A stretch of DNA of 64,000 nt from a bacterium (lineage in GTDB: Bacteria > Bacteroidota > Ignavibacteria > UBA10030): positions 1 through 64,000 of the forward strand of contig JAZDJN010000072.1 of assembly GCA_043803945.1 (NCBI GenBank), read 5' to 3'. This document shows positions 19,332 through 29,346 of the stretch, in pieces (position 1 is the stretch's first letter; every line of letters begins with the position of its first letter). The position numbers were made by a program, and so were the translations under genes. The notes under the pieces were generated by a model. That model had not been told where the DNA came from. It did no database searches and saw only the letters and a program-made list of their open reading frames with translations.

Positions 19332-19871
19332 TCATCCATAATATGGTTTTAATTTCTTCCCCAATTCGATTCTTGCTCTATGTATGCGGGCTTTCACGTT
19401 AGCCTCAGAGATTTGCGTAATGACAGCAATCTGAGCATATGATAGCTGTTCATACTCTCGTAAGATCAACACTTCGCGATATTCCGGTTTTAATAGAGAC
19501 AGGTACTTTTGCACAATCTCCGATGTCTCTGCTCGAAAATATTCCTCATCGAATGATGTTGTCGAAGTCCAAATACTGTCTTCTTCCGATGGTTCACTAT
19601 TATTCCTCTTCCGTAAATAACAGAGTGCCTCGTTGCGTGCAATCGTAAAAAGCCAACACTGAAATGTATTAGCATGTCTTAGTGTATCGAGAGCCTGTAA
19701 CATTTTAAGAAATGTATTTTGAGTTGCATCTTCTGCATGAAATCGATCCTGAAGTAATCGATAGCAATAGCCAAATATACGATGCCAATAACGTTTGCAG
19801 AGATCCATTCTAGCCGTCTCGTCGCCAAGACGAATTTTCTCAATTAATTCACTATCGACTTGAATATCCAT
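19332..19871 (-). CDS. ECF RNA polymerase sigma factor
   Basis: AEDATQNTFL, F..WLFTIARN, REVLILRE....SY.QIA, VKARIHRAR. Confidence 0.93.
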   Translation of the reverse strand: MDIQVDSELIEKIRLGDETARMDLCKRYWHRIFGYCYRLLQDRFHAEDATQNTFLKMLQALDTLRHANTFQCWLFTIARNEALCYLRKRNNSEPSEEDSIWTSTTSFDEEYFRAETSEIVQKYLSLLKPEYREVLILREYEQLSYAQIAVITQISEANVKARIHRARIELGKKLKPYYG

Positions 19872-19914
19872 TAAGGAAAGTATGTTGAGGATATGGAAAT
19901 TGCTTTATAAGCAA

Positions 19915-19940
19915 AGATGCGAAAAAGGGAAAAAAGTTAC
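19915..19940 (-). promoter_or_regulatory. Candidate autoregulatory ECF promoter
   Basis: GTAAC-16 bp-CATCT about 45 bp upstream of the sigma start. Confidence 0.5.
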
Positions 19941-20050
19941 TACTCTGGTTTGAGAAAAGATACACTTAATAAACGCGATAACTTTCGAAATTAAGAATCC
20001 AGAGGCATTTCCCTTATCATAGAGATTTTTAGAGAAGCGCTGACTTTATA

Positions 20051-20141
20051 CTCGGCGGGACGCCTTCGCTCTAGTGTGTTTTGTACCCACTAGCCCGAAG
20101 GCATCCCCGCCAGAACGCATGGCGGGCTGGTTGCCGAGGGC
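20051..20141. repeat. REP doublet, near-exact direct copy of 17012-17102
   Basis: 91 bp with two differences by eye; shares the spacer tgtgttttgtaccca. Confidence 0.92.
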
Positions 20142-20218
20142 CAAGGGATAGTTTTAAATCTGAAGGAGTGAGAAGAGAGATGTTAGAAGAAAGATGAGAT
20201 TTGCTTCGATCACCGAAC

Positions 20219-21607
20219 CTATTCCGGCTCGGCGTGGATGGTAATTCGGCGAAGCTGTTTGAATCGTTTAAAAAGGATTCCTTCGATTTCAGAGATGATG
20301 CTGTGCACCTCTCCCAGTGTTTTGCTATGTTCCAGATGGCATGTCAGTGTCGCAGTGTATTGAGGGCCCTCCTGAAGCAGCGTCAAGTCTTTGCAAGTCA
20401 GTACCCCTTTATGTTTTTCCACGACTGCCTGAATCTCTTTCGAAAGCTTCAATTCACTCGCAGTGACATTACTCAATTCCCTCTCCGCCGGATGATATTC
20501 CTCCATATGGATGGTCACTTTCCCAACCGGTTTGAGTTGCTGCTGAATTTCCTGCTCAATGTCTGAAGTGATGCTGTGCGCTTCGGCAAAGCTGTGACCT
20601 TTTTCGTACTCGACGTCAAAATCGATATAGTATTTTCCGTCGGTCAGATAGACCTCAAGATTATGCGGCGGCCGTAATCCCTTGTTCACTACAATCATTC
20701 GTATCTTTTCGATGATTGTCTCATCTTGAGTTTCCGCTGGTTCTCCATGGATAATCACATCGGCATTCGGTTCAGCATCTCGTACCGCCAGCTCAATGTT
20801 GTCCATGATCGCATGGGCCCGTTCGAACGGCAGGGTTCTTCTAATCGCGACAGTTGTATCGACAAATATTTTTGGACCGGATGCCCTGAGGCGAATCGAA
20901 CGTAATTTCTCAATCCCTTTGACACTCCTGATGGCTTCTTCAATTTTCATTTTCTCAGCGTGCGGTACCCGATCCATCAATGCATCGATTGTCCGCCGGC
21001 CCAGTTGATAGCTCACAAAGAGCACAATGAATGCGACAACAATAGCAGCGACAGAATCAAAAATTGGATACCCAAAGGAGACAAACGCCAAACCTCCCAG
21101 TACAGTCAGCGACGACCAGATATCGCTTGAAAAATGCAACGCGTCGGCCTCCAGTGCCTGACTATTGTATTTCCTCGCAACCCGATACAGAGCGCGTGAA
21201 CGGCTATAATCGATTACGATCGCCGTACCCATAACAATATAACTCCAGACATTCGCCTCCACATGATGGCTATGAGTAATTAATCGATCAACAGCCTCCC
21301 AGATAATCCAGGTGCATGTGAGGACGAGCAAGAGAGTCTCAACAAAAGCAGATATGTTTTCAATCTTCCCATGGCCATATTGATGTTCCTCATCGGCAGG
21401 TTTATCGGCAACCGAAACTGCAACAAGTGTGATAATTGCCGCAAGGAGGTCGAGGCCGGAGTGTGCCGCTTCCGACAGAATGCCCAAACTGTTTGTTTCT
21501 ATCCCGATATACAGTTTGAACGCCGTCAGAAATACGGCTGCGACAACTGAACTGAGAGCAACAATTTTTTTCTCGTTCTTTTCTGATGGAATGGGCATCG
21601 CCTGCAA
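20219..21607 (-). CDS. Cation diffusion facilitator with three C-terminal dimerisation domains
   Basis: SEAAHS..D, H.YGHGK.E, ADALH..SD; three AH/VH..I.IH.EP-type units. Confidence 0.9.
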   Translation of the reverse strand: MQAMPIPSEKNEKKIVALSSVVAAVFLTAFKLYIGIETNSLGILSEAAHSGLDLLAAIITLVAVSVADKPADEEHQYGHGKIENISAFVETLLLVLTCTWIIWEAVDRLITHSHHVEANVWSYIVMGTAIVIDYSRSRALYRVARKYNSQALEADALHFSSDIWSSLTVLGGLAFVSFGYPIFDSVAAIVVAFIVLFVSYQLGRRTIDALMDRVPHAEKMKIEEAIRSVKGIEKLRSIRLRASGPKIFVDTTVAIRRTLPFERAHAIMDNIELAVRDAEPNADVIIHGEPAETQDETIIEKIRMIVVNKGLRPPHNLEVYLTDGKYYIDFDVEYEKGHSFAEAHSITSDIEQEIQQQLKPVGKVTIHMEEYHPAERELSNVTASELKLSKEIQAVVEKHKGVLTCKDLTLLQEGPQYTATLTCHLEHSKTLGEVHSIISEIEGILFKRFKQLRRITIHAEPE

Positions 21608-21774
21608 AAAAAGTTATGATGAATGAACGACGAAATATTTTCTACTTGATTCAACGTCAATATACATACCGATTTTCTGAAGTCAAAGTATTTCAGCATC
21701 TTCAGGAAATGGTGCTTCTCAGAGTATTGTTTACTCTCTGGCGATTATTGCAGAATGGCAGATCGTACTGGCTT

Positions 21775-22779
21775 TTAAGACGATGCCAAATGGAGGATTT
21801 CTCCTGGGGTTGCGGTACCTGTTAGTTTCAGTTTACGAATTGCAACTGCTGCCGCAAGATTTGCAAAAACACCTGCTTCATCAAGGCTGGCACCAGCCGC
21901 AAGGGCACATGCAATAGCAGCGACCGTTGTATCACCTGCACCGACCGGATCGATAGGACCGCTTACCATGTGTGCGGGCAATTCTCTGCATGATGTTCCA
22001 TCGAATAGAAGGAGTCCAAGCGAGCTTCGCGAGATATAGACCGGCTTTTCAAAACGCTCATAAAGAAGCCGTGCATACTGCTGCAACTCTTCGACGGGTA
22101 CATCCTCATTGTGCAGTACGCTCTTACCAAATATCCTTGCCGCTTCAATTGCATTAATTTTGTACATCATATGATGAAAGTCGAGCGTTCGATCACGCGA
22201 ATCGAGGAGGAAGAGTTTTTCCCTGTAACCGTCTGCTGCTTCGTTCAGCATCGCAATAACAGATGGTGTATAGATACTCTTTAACAATTGCTCGTTCACA
22301 ATCAGTGCATCAAGGTGCGGCAATCTCCGTTTTACGCTCTCGAGCAGAATGTCTGCTGTCTGAGGACCAAGAGTGTTCTTCCCCCCGAAGTCGATGCGGC
22401 GCTGCTCAACACCGGACAGAAAAGGCTTTGCATAAACCGGTGTATCGAAGAATAACGATTGAATGATCATCCCCGAACAATTCACACCGAGTGTCGCGAG
22501 TTGGCGGATAACTTCATTTCCGAAGAGATCATTACCAAGAACTCCGAACGCATGGATATTTCCCGCACCCAGCGTAACCACATTATGGATAACGTTTCCC
22601 GCGCCACCCAATGAGTACCGTTGCGATGAAACGGCAATAATCGATTTTCCTGTTTCGATCGAGGTTTCATGAGTATCCTCATGGATCTCCCAATAGGCAT
22701 CGAGACAAAAGTCACCGATAACCCCGATTTTTACCTCTCGAATAGCGCTAAGAATTTTCTGTAACCGGTCAAGTACCAT
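21775..22779 (-). CDS. PfkB-family kinase, HldE/RfaE kinase-domain-like
   Basis: VIGDFCLDAY, LGGAGNV, DPVGAGDT, ANLAAAV. Confidence 0.85.
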   Translation of the reverse strand: MVLDRLQKILSAIREVKIGVIGDFCLDAYWEIHEDTHETSIETGKSIIAVSSQRYSLGGAGNVIHNVVTLGAGNIHAFGVLGNDLFGNEVIRQLATLGVNCSGMIIQSLFFDTPVYAKPFLSGVEQRRIDFGGKNTLGPQTADILLESVKRRLPHLDALIVNEQLLKSIYTPSVIAMLNEAADGYREKLFLLDSRDRTLDFHHMMYKINAIEAARIFGKSVLHNEDVPVEELQQYARLLYERFEKPVYISRSSLGLLLFDGTSCRELPAHMVSGPIDPVGAGDTTVAAIACALAAGASLDEAGVFANLAAAVAIRKLKLTGTATPGEILHLASS

Positions 22780-22922
22780 TGCGTGGCAACCTTATGCTAA
22801 GATTTATTCCTGAATGTCTCGGGGGCTAGCTGCATCTTCTCGGCCACTGACGGAGAGCCTGGCCTGATCTATTCGTTGTGGATGAATCCACAGCCTTCGG
22901 GCGGGAGAAATCGCAAGCGAGG

Positions 22923-23672
22923 TCATAAAAGCACCTTTAACCGTTCATAACCAGACCGGCTCACCTGCAGCTTTGTGCCATCTTTCAGGATGGCGATCCT
23001 ACTGTCGCGTGCATACATCTCGATACGCGCCAATCGGTCAACATTGAGGATGAAGGAGCGGTGGATTCGGACAAATCGCTTCGGATCCAATGATCCCTCG
23101 AGATCGGTGAGGCGATGTTGCTTCAGGTGTGTTTTTCCTTCAGACTGTACAGCAATATAATCATCCTGAGCTTCGATATAATCGATCTTATCGATTGGTA
23201 TAACATGCACTTTTGAGCCATCGCGAATCAGGATGCGTTCAATGCGTTGAAGGCCCTGCGCCTCATGGACCAGTTCAGATTTCGGAATCCGCTGATGAAG
23301 TTTCAACCGCTCTCTCGCACGTGCCACAGCCTCTCCAAACCGCTCAACGTCGAATGGCTTGAGGAGGTAATCTACGGCATGAACCTCAAATGCTTTCAGT
23401 GCATACTGGTCGTAGGCTGTAATAAAGATGACAGCAGGTTCCTGCTCAACCAGTTCGAGAACTTCGAAACCGTTGAGTTTTGGCATTTGCACATCGAGGA
23501 AGAGGAGTTCGGGTTTCAGCTCGGTAATCGCCTTTACCGCTTCAAAGCCATTCGAACACTCTGCAATAATTTCGATATCGGTGTGTTGCTGCACGTACTC
23601 ACGAACCACACTTCGTGCAAGCTGCTCATCGTCGACAATGATGGCATGGAGTATTTCCTGCTGGGTTCCCAA
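22923..23672 (-). CDS. LytTR-family response regulator
   Basis: VDDE, FLDVQMP, FITAY, DYLLKP; FVRIHRS and VSRS in the LytTR domain. Confidence 0.95.
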   Translation of the reverse strand: MGTQQEILHAIIVDDEQLARSVVREYVQQHTDIEIIAECSNGFEAVKAITELKPELLFLDVQMPKLNGFEVLELVEQEPAVIFITAYDQYALKAFEVHAVDYLLKPFDVERFGEAVARARERLKLHQRIPKSELVHEAQGLQRIERILIRDGSKVHVIPIDKIDYIEAQDDYIAVQSEGKTHLKQHRLTDLEGSLDPKRFVRIHRSFILNVDRLARIEMYARDSRIAILKDGTKLQVSRSGYERLKVLL

Positions 23673-23885
23673 GGTGGGTTATTCTAACCATCTTTCCGGT
23701 TAATGTCCATAGTCGAATACATGTTCACTCTACCCTGATGTGTGAGTATGAAATTAAAAATCAAAATGAAAAAGGCAAAATGACAAAGCAAATATTTAAA
23801 TGAAAATTGAATGCCGTCGGCACCTACGATCAGTGCACTGTTCATGATTTTGAGATGAAACAGTTCTTGTCGTTTGTACAAATGA

Positions 23886-24989
23886 CTAAGAATGGCCGTT
23901 GGGACGCTTTGCCGTGAGGAATGCTGACCCTTCCGTGCGGGCCGGCATAATAATTTCAATGCGATAGGATTCCGGCGCCGGATGAAAATCCACGAAAGCA
24001 TCGGTGCCATAGACTGCCCGAAGTCGTTTCTTTACATTATCGAGGCCGAGACCGTTTGTCTTTCCTGGAGGCCGATCGGGATCACATGGATTTTCGACAA
24101 CAAGATGCAGCCTGCTGCCGCGCCATTCTGCCGTGAGTTGAATCGCGCCGCCATCGATAAGATGGGCAATCCCATGGCGTACGGCATTTTCCACCACAGG
24201 CTGGAGAATCAGCGGCGGTACCAGGCAGTTTTTTGTGATCGGATCGATCTTCGTTTCAAATCGCAGCCGATCGCCGAACCGAACCTTTTCAATTTCCAGA
24301 AAGTTTGAAATCAATGCCAATTCCTGAGCGAAGGTGATGGTATCTTCACCGCCATAATTCATTCCCTTTCTCAGAAATTCAGCAAGTAAAAGAGTCATCG
24401 TCCGTGCACCGTGAGGATCCTGTGTGGTTAATGCGCTGATGGAGTTGAGGCTATTGAAAAGAAAATGCGGATCGATTTGTGCGCGCAGGGCTTTCAACTC
24501 AGCGTCCTGAGCGAGAATTCGCATCTGCAACGCATGCTGTTCGGACTCTTTGGACGACTCAAATGCTACGATGAGGTAATGGAGTGCAACGCTGATGATG
24601 TAAAGGACAATGCCCAGTCCGAGCATGACGGGTACCTGATTGAAATACAACTCGTTCTCAATTTTAAGTGAGAAGAGCCACCGCTGAACAAGCAGCCATC
24701 CATATCCGAGGAGAATCCAGATTATACTGGTGACAACGCTCGCAATAAGGAAAAGGAGAAAGAGTTGGAGGAAGGGTGTTTTTTGCAGAGGAAAAACCCG
24801 GCAGAGGTACCAGGAGGAAAGACACATCAGGCCGTAAATCAGCGTCAGAGGAAGAGCCAACGGAGCAGCCTGAAGCAGCGTAAAGCTTCCGCCGCGCAGT
24901 GTAAGCATCGCTGTGAGCATAACACCAAACAGCAGCCAACCAGCCATGTAAATCGCGAATCGTTCGCGATGAGCAAGTATTGGATGCAT
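23886..24989 (-). CDS. LytS/YehU-type sensor histidine kinase
   Basis: LRAQIDPHFLFNSLN, RFGDRL, LQPVVENAVRHG, GLGL.NV..RL. Confidence 0.95.
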   Translation of the reverse strand: MHPILAHRERFAIYMAGWLLFGVMLTAMLTLRGGSFTLLQAAPLALPLTLIYGLMCLSSWYLCRVFPLQKTPFLQLFLLFLIASVVTSIIWILLGYGWLLVQRWLFSLKIENELYFNQVPVMLGLGIVLYIISVALHYLIVAFESSKESEQHALQMRILAQDAELKALRAQIDPHFLFNSLNSISALTTQDPHGARTMTLLLAEFLRKGMNYGGEDTITFAQELALISNFLEIEKVRFGDRLRFETKIDPITKNCLVPPLILQPVVENAVRHGIAHLIDGGAIQLTAEWRGSRLHLVVENPCDPDRPPGKTNGLGLDNVKKRLRAVYGTDAFVDFHPAPESYRIEIIMPARTEGSAFLTAKRPNGHS

Positions 24990-24992
24990 CGG

Positions 24993-25703
24993 TTAGCTCT
25001 TAATCTCCACACCACCCATAATCGCGTATCCCTTGATGACCAGTTTTTTTCTCGGTCCGCCCTTCGGAGGCATGGTCCGATCTTCAAATCCACCCAATAA
25101 CGGAATTCCTTCGAGCACAATTATCCAGTCTTCCGGCACACGAATCTCAATCCCTCCCCAAAACGCAAAGAGGTCAAGAACCGCCTCCTCGCCTTCTTTA
25201 ATGGATGCACGACGCAGGTCTACTTCAATTCCACCCATAATCGCCGTCAGTTCACCGCCGGAAAACTCCTGTGAATCGTTAGTGCGTTTGAATCCACCCA
25301 TCAAAGCAAATCCGCTGATCGTTGAGTTGCTATCCTTAGACCGCTCACCGGAGAAAATATTGACCACAGTCTTTCGTTTCATACTGCCCCAGATCATACT
25401 GAAGCCGAGCAGAACGAGGAATAATGGCCAGAGATTCCAGATACGGAAGAAGAAAATATCCAGGCTGCGCAGAAGTATTAGCGAACCGACGAGAATCCAT
25501 AATCCTCCCCAGAGCCTGCAGGGCAATCCTTCACACTGAACCACCTTTACGGTACCATACAGGATCAAAAGCGCAGGCCAGTAAACAAGGAATTCTCCTG
25601 CCTCGATGAGTCCCATGTTGTCAAGCGTGAAGACAACACCGATTCCGATGATGATCAGTCCAATAATCAGTTGGAAACTGATATCCATTTTCTTAGTTTG
25701 CAT
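24993..25703 (-). CDS. LiaF-like membrane protein (DUF5668 TM plus DUF2154-like C-terminus)
   Basis: YWP/LWP helices; F.GG....MGG.E.DLR.A, GG.EI.VP.DW. Confidence 0.8.
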   Translation of the reverse strand: MQTKKMDISFQLIIGLIIIGIGVVFTLDNMGLIEAGEFLVYWPALLILYGTVKVVQCEGLPCRLWGGLWILVGSLILLRSLDIFFFRIWNLWPLFLVLLGFSMIWGSMKRKTVVNIFSGERSKDSNSTISGFALMGGFKRTNDSQEFSGGELTAIMGGIEVDLRRASIKEGEEAVLDLFAFWGGIEIRVPEDWIIVLEGIPLLGGFEDRTMPPKGGPRKKLVIKGYAIMGGVEIKS

Positions 25704-26103
25704 TTTTTTGCTCCTCCACAGTCTCTTCCTGTATTTTCCAGGGGAATGCTTTAATCACCATACTCACACCCACAGCAACAATCGCCAATGGCCAGGTTTC
25801 TCTGAAACTCAAGTCCCAAAGATTTGCAATTGAGATCTGTAACCAGATACCAATGAGAATCCAGAATGCCGCGCCCCCAAGATCATCCGAATTCCGTGCA
25901 GCTACCGCCTTTGCCACGCCGAATACAATAATAAGAAGCGGCCAGTATTGCCAGAATGAACCGACATAGTAAATGTCCAGATTATCGAGTAAAAAAAGAA
26001 TTCCAAGAACAAGAATAACTACACCGAAAGCAATTTGTCCTATTGGTCTGTGGGCTCTAAGGAATGTCATGGTCGATCTCCAAAATAATGTTATGTTCTG
26101 CAT
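25693..26103 (-). CDS. LiaF/LiaI-like DUF5668 membrane protein
   Basis: G.LFLLDNL, YWPL, TWPL; may start at the internal Met (26070). Confidence 0.75.
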   Translation of the reverse strand: MQNITLFWRSTMTFLRAHRPIGQIAFGVVILVLGILFLLDNLDIYYVGSFWQYWPLLIIVFGVAKAVAARNSDDLGGAAFWILIGIWLQISIANLWDLSFRETWPLAIVAVGVSMVIKAFPWKIQEETVEEQKNAN

Positions 26104-26140
26104 GAAGATACTTGAGAGAGGCCAAGATGTTACAGGGATT

Positions 26141-26170
26141 TCGGTGAATCCTGTAAGACACTCGGTAAAT
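26141..26170 (-). promoter_or_regulatory. Candidate LytTR direct-repeat binding site
   Basis: tcggtgaat (26141) and tcggtaaat (26162), 21-bp period, upstream of a TATCTT -10-like box of the operon. Confidence 0.55.
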
Positions 26171-26334
26171 GGCGCGGAAAGACTCTTTTCGATGGTCGAA
26201 GATATTCACCTTAGAGCCTGATTTTGACCTTGCATCAGACGATACAGAAGATCCAATCTTACCCTAAGTCATAGTTCCTTCCGGTCGTTCGACAACCTAT
26301 CCAGATGCTGTGAGTTCTCACTACACCTGGAGGA

Positions 26335-26835
26335 TTATTGCGGCGCCTGCATGCCAAATTGTGACCATTCTTCACGGGAAGGGCCATAAATTCCAGGAAC
26401 CTTTATTCCCGCTTGCCGCATCAACACAGTCATCTGGGCCCGATGATGAATCTCATGCTTTACGAGCGCATGAAGTGTTGCGGCACGCGTCCACTTCTCA
26501 CCATACATCTCAATTTCACCTTTGAGCATCTCATCTGTCCACTTTGCTTTCAGACTTTCTTTCAGCGATTGAGCAGCGGTGTCGTACGCTTCTGCAATAG
26601 TACCAGGAGAGGATGGAACCGGTGTGCCTTCGGTCGGTGCAGTGATATCAAGTCCGGCTTTTCCTCCCATCTCGCCAAGCGTCAGCACAAGATGCCAAGC
26701 CAGGAAACCCAGGGAACGGCCTTCTGACGTTACCCGTTGTGTTAGCGATGGAGCCGTTAATACATTGAGAATTTTCAGCGTTGAATCACTTTCATACTGC
26801 CAATCTTTTTCAAATGATTCGATGGATGAGTACAT
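26335..26835 (-). CDS. DinB-family protein
   Basis: RSLG.LAWH, HEIHHRAQM..L.RQAG..VPG.YGP. Confidence 0.9.
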   Translation of the reverse strand: MYSSIESFEKDWQYESDSTLKILNVLTAPSLTQRVTSEGRSLGFLAWHLVLTLGEMGGKAGLDITAPTEGTPVPSSPGTIAEAYDTAAQSLKESLKAKWTDEMLKGEIEMYGEKWTRAATLHALVKHEIHHRAQMTVLMRQAGIKVPGIYGPSREEWSQFGMQAPQ

Positions 26836-26863
26836 ACTTACTCCTTCTTTAGTTTGTCTCTGG

Positions 26864-28687
26864 TTATTTTTTTAGACGGTTCAGGATCAACTCAATTTCA
26901 TCGATCACACGATTCATTTTCTGCATTGTCAGTGTGAAAGGAACAGATGTGGTCATATCAACTCCGGCGTTCTTCAGCAAATTGATCGGATAGTCCGATC
27001 CGCCGGACGACAGGAACTTGAGAAAATTTTTTGTTGCTATCTGATCACCGGAGAGAACCTGCTCAATGATCGCGGTCGATGCAGTGAACGATGTGGCATA
27101 TTGATAGACATAGAAATTATAATAGAAATGTGGAATGTAGCTCCACTCCACCTTAATCTCATCGTCAACGATACAGACTCCCTTTTCATGACCATAATAG
27201 CGCTTCGTGAGTTCGTGATAGCATTCGTTCAACGAGTCGCCGGTCAGGGATTCGCCGCGCTCGACGCGTTCATGGATTTGCAATTCAAACTCGGCAAACT
27301 GTGTCTGGCGGAAGAGAGTGCCTTTGATCCCTTCGAGATAATTCCCGAGGAGAGAAAGCCGGACCTGATCATCCTTGATTTGTTTCAGCATATAATCGAT
27401 TAAGAGCGCTTCGTTGAATGTCGAAGCGACTTCAGCGACAAAGATGGGATAGTGGGCTGTTGGATATGGCTGTGCCTTATTGGAAAAAAAGCTATGCATG
27501 GTATGGCCTAGCTCATGCGTCAGTGTGCTCATATCGTCGTACTTCCCATTATAGTTCATGAGAATGTACGGATGAACATCATAGACCGATCCATTCGAGT
27601 AAGCTCCGGACCGCTTTCCTTCCGTCGGATACATATCAACCCAGCGTTCGCTGAACGCTTTCTTCGTTACCGACTCATACTCATCACCCAGCGGAACGAG
27701 TGATTCCATGATATGTCGTTCCGCCTCTTCGACCGAAAACTTCAGATCGACTTCGCTGAGCAACGGCGCATAGAGATCGTAATAATGAAGTTCTTCAACA
27801 CCAAGGATTCTCTTTCTCAAACTGAGATAGCGATGGAAGATGGAGAGGTTTTCATTAACACTGTTTACCAGCGCATGGTATACTTCTTTCGGAATGTTGT
27901 TTGCATCGAGGGCAGCGGCAAGACTTGAGGGATACTTTCTTGCTTTCATGTAGAAGAGGTTTTTTTTCACCTCGGCATACAACTGCGTGCCAAACGTGCG
28001 TCGATAGTCATTCATCTTTCCGAAGAATGCGGCAAAAGCTTTTCTTCGGTCTTCACGAACGATACTGGCCCGAACCAGGCTGAAGTTTGCTTTAGTCAAC
28101 TTCACACTTTTTCCATCGCTCAGCATTATTTCAGGATTCGGGAAATCTGCATCAGAAAATATACTGTAGATGCTTTGAGCGCTATCTGCCATCAATCCGG
28201 CGTCAGCAATGATTTTTTCCTCACCCTTGGTCCCTGTGTGATCTTTCCGCCGCAGGATGTCATCGAGATAGTGTCGATAGACTTCAAGCTTCTTTTCCTC
28301 ACTTAGGAATCGATCTATCGTCGGTCGTTCGATTTTCAGCAATTCCGGCTCAATGAACGCGACGGATGCCGCAAAGTCCGAACCAATCTGGCTGATCTCC
28401 TGCTGCATTCCGAGATAGGTCGAATTGCGTGTATCCTGATCGGACATCATCGATGCGTAACACTGGAGGCGCATATATTCTTTGCTGAGTCTCGTGACGA
28501 GTTCAAGGCATATCGTGAGCTGGCGAGCTGATTGGCCCAGCGATCCAGTGTACGCTGCAACCGCTGCAATTTCCGACTTCAGCAATTCTTTCGCAGATGT
28601 CCAGGCTTCATCAGAAAGATAGATAGCGGTGAGATCCCAGGTATCGTGAATGGGAATAGAAGTTCTATCCTGGTATTGGGTTGTCAT
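26864..28687 (-). CDS. pepF: Oligoendopeptidase F (M3B)
   Basis: WDL..IY, GKRSGAY, HPYILMNY, HELGH, AEVAST, HFYYNFYVYQYA. Confidence 0.93.
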   Translation of the reverse strand: MTTQYQDRTSIPIHDTWDLTAIYLSDEAWTSAKELLKSEIAAVAAYTGSLGQSARQLTICLELVTRLSKEYMRLQCYASMMSDQDTRNSTYLGMQQEISQIGSDFAASVAFIEPELLKIERPTIDRFLSEEKKLEVYRHYLDDILRRKDHTGTKGEEKIIADAGLMADSAQSIYSIFSDADFPNPEIMLSDGKSVKLTKANFSLVRASIVREDRRKAFAAFFGKMNDYRRTFGTQLYAEVKKNLFYMKARKYPSSLAAALDANNIPKEVYHALVNSVNENLSIFHRYLSLRKRILGVEELHYYDLYAPLLSEVDLKFSVEEAERHIMESLVPLGDEYESVTKKAFSERWVDMYPTEGKRSGAYSNGSVYDVHPYILMNYNGKYDDMSTLTHELGHTMHSFFSNKAQPYPTAHYPIFVAEVASTFNEALLIDYMLKQIKDDQVRLSLLGNYLEGIKGTLFRQTQFAEFELQIHERVERGESLTGDSLNECYHELTKRYYGHEKGVCIVDDEIKVEWSYIPHFYYNFYVYQYATSFTASTAIIEQVLSGDQIATKNFLKFLSSGGSDYPINLLKNAGVDMTTSVPFTLTMQKMNRVIDEIELILNRLKK

Positions 28688-29316
28688 TTCCATTGTAAAG
28701 AGGTATCGGATTGAATCACTTCAATAAATGCTTCGACAACACCTTCGGTAAAATTATAGCGTTTAATACTCGATTGATGAGTTTGAAGTATGTCGCGGCA
28801 ATCAGTGAGCAGGGCCGCATTGACAAATGGATTCGATGTGCTTGCCTCTACTATGCCATTTCCTTTAACCATCACACGCTCACCTGCCGATACTTTTATC
28901 TCCCCGTCGACGCGGAATATCATGGCTATGATGCCGACACTCTCGCTCGATAGTGATCGCCGGATGAATTCAAGGTGGGGCGAAATTTCCCACGTCGGGA
29001 TTGGTTCGAGGATGAGATGAAGTACGGATATACCTCCCTGCGTCAGATTCTCTTTTTCTGTTTCCGGTGCATTATCGTAGGCTAAGGTGAAAATCTTTCC
29101 GCTGGAAATGCTCTTCGCCCTCTTATTTACTATCGCTGCATCCAGCGTGCTGCTTCCTAAAGTGCCGGTTGTCTCTCCCTCTTCCGTAATCAGCATCCGC
29201 GCCCCAGGCCGGCAAGTGGAGGATCCTCGGACATTGACAACCATGGCCAGCACTCCGCTCCTATGTTGTTTCTTCATCGCATCATACGACTGGAGTATCT
29301 CATGGAGTGCTGTCAT
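28684..29316 (-). CDS. XdhC/CoxI-like protein lacking the C-terminal Rossmann part
   Basis: LA.VV.V.GS....PGARMLI...G...G; second similar domain; ATGA-type overlap with pepF. Confidence 0.7.
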   Translation of the reverse strand: MTALHEILQSYDAMKKQHRSGVLAMVVNVRGSSTCRPGARMLITEEGETTGTLGSSTLDAAIVNKRAKSISSGKIFTLAYDNAPETEKENLTQGGISVLHLILEPIPTWEISPHLEFIRRSLSSESVGIIAMIFRVDGEIKVSAGERVMVKGNGIVEASTSNPFVNAALLTDCRDILQTHQSSIKRYNFTEGVVEAFIEVIQSDTSLQWK

Positions 29317-29346
29317 AGCGTACGCTAACCAGGTTTTCTCATCCTG

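Noticed and set aside
22811-22922. Possible TPP riboswitch or ribozyme (cctgatct, ctgacgg)
   Set aside because: Core motifs are incomplete and antisense to the flanking genes; better explained as a degenerate REP with an inserted hairpin
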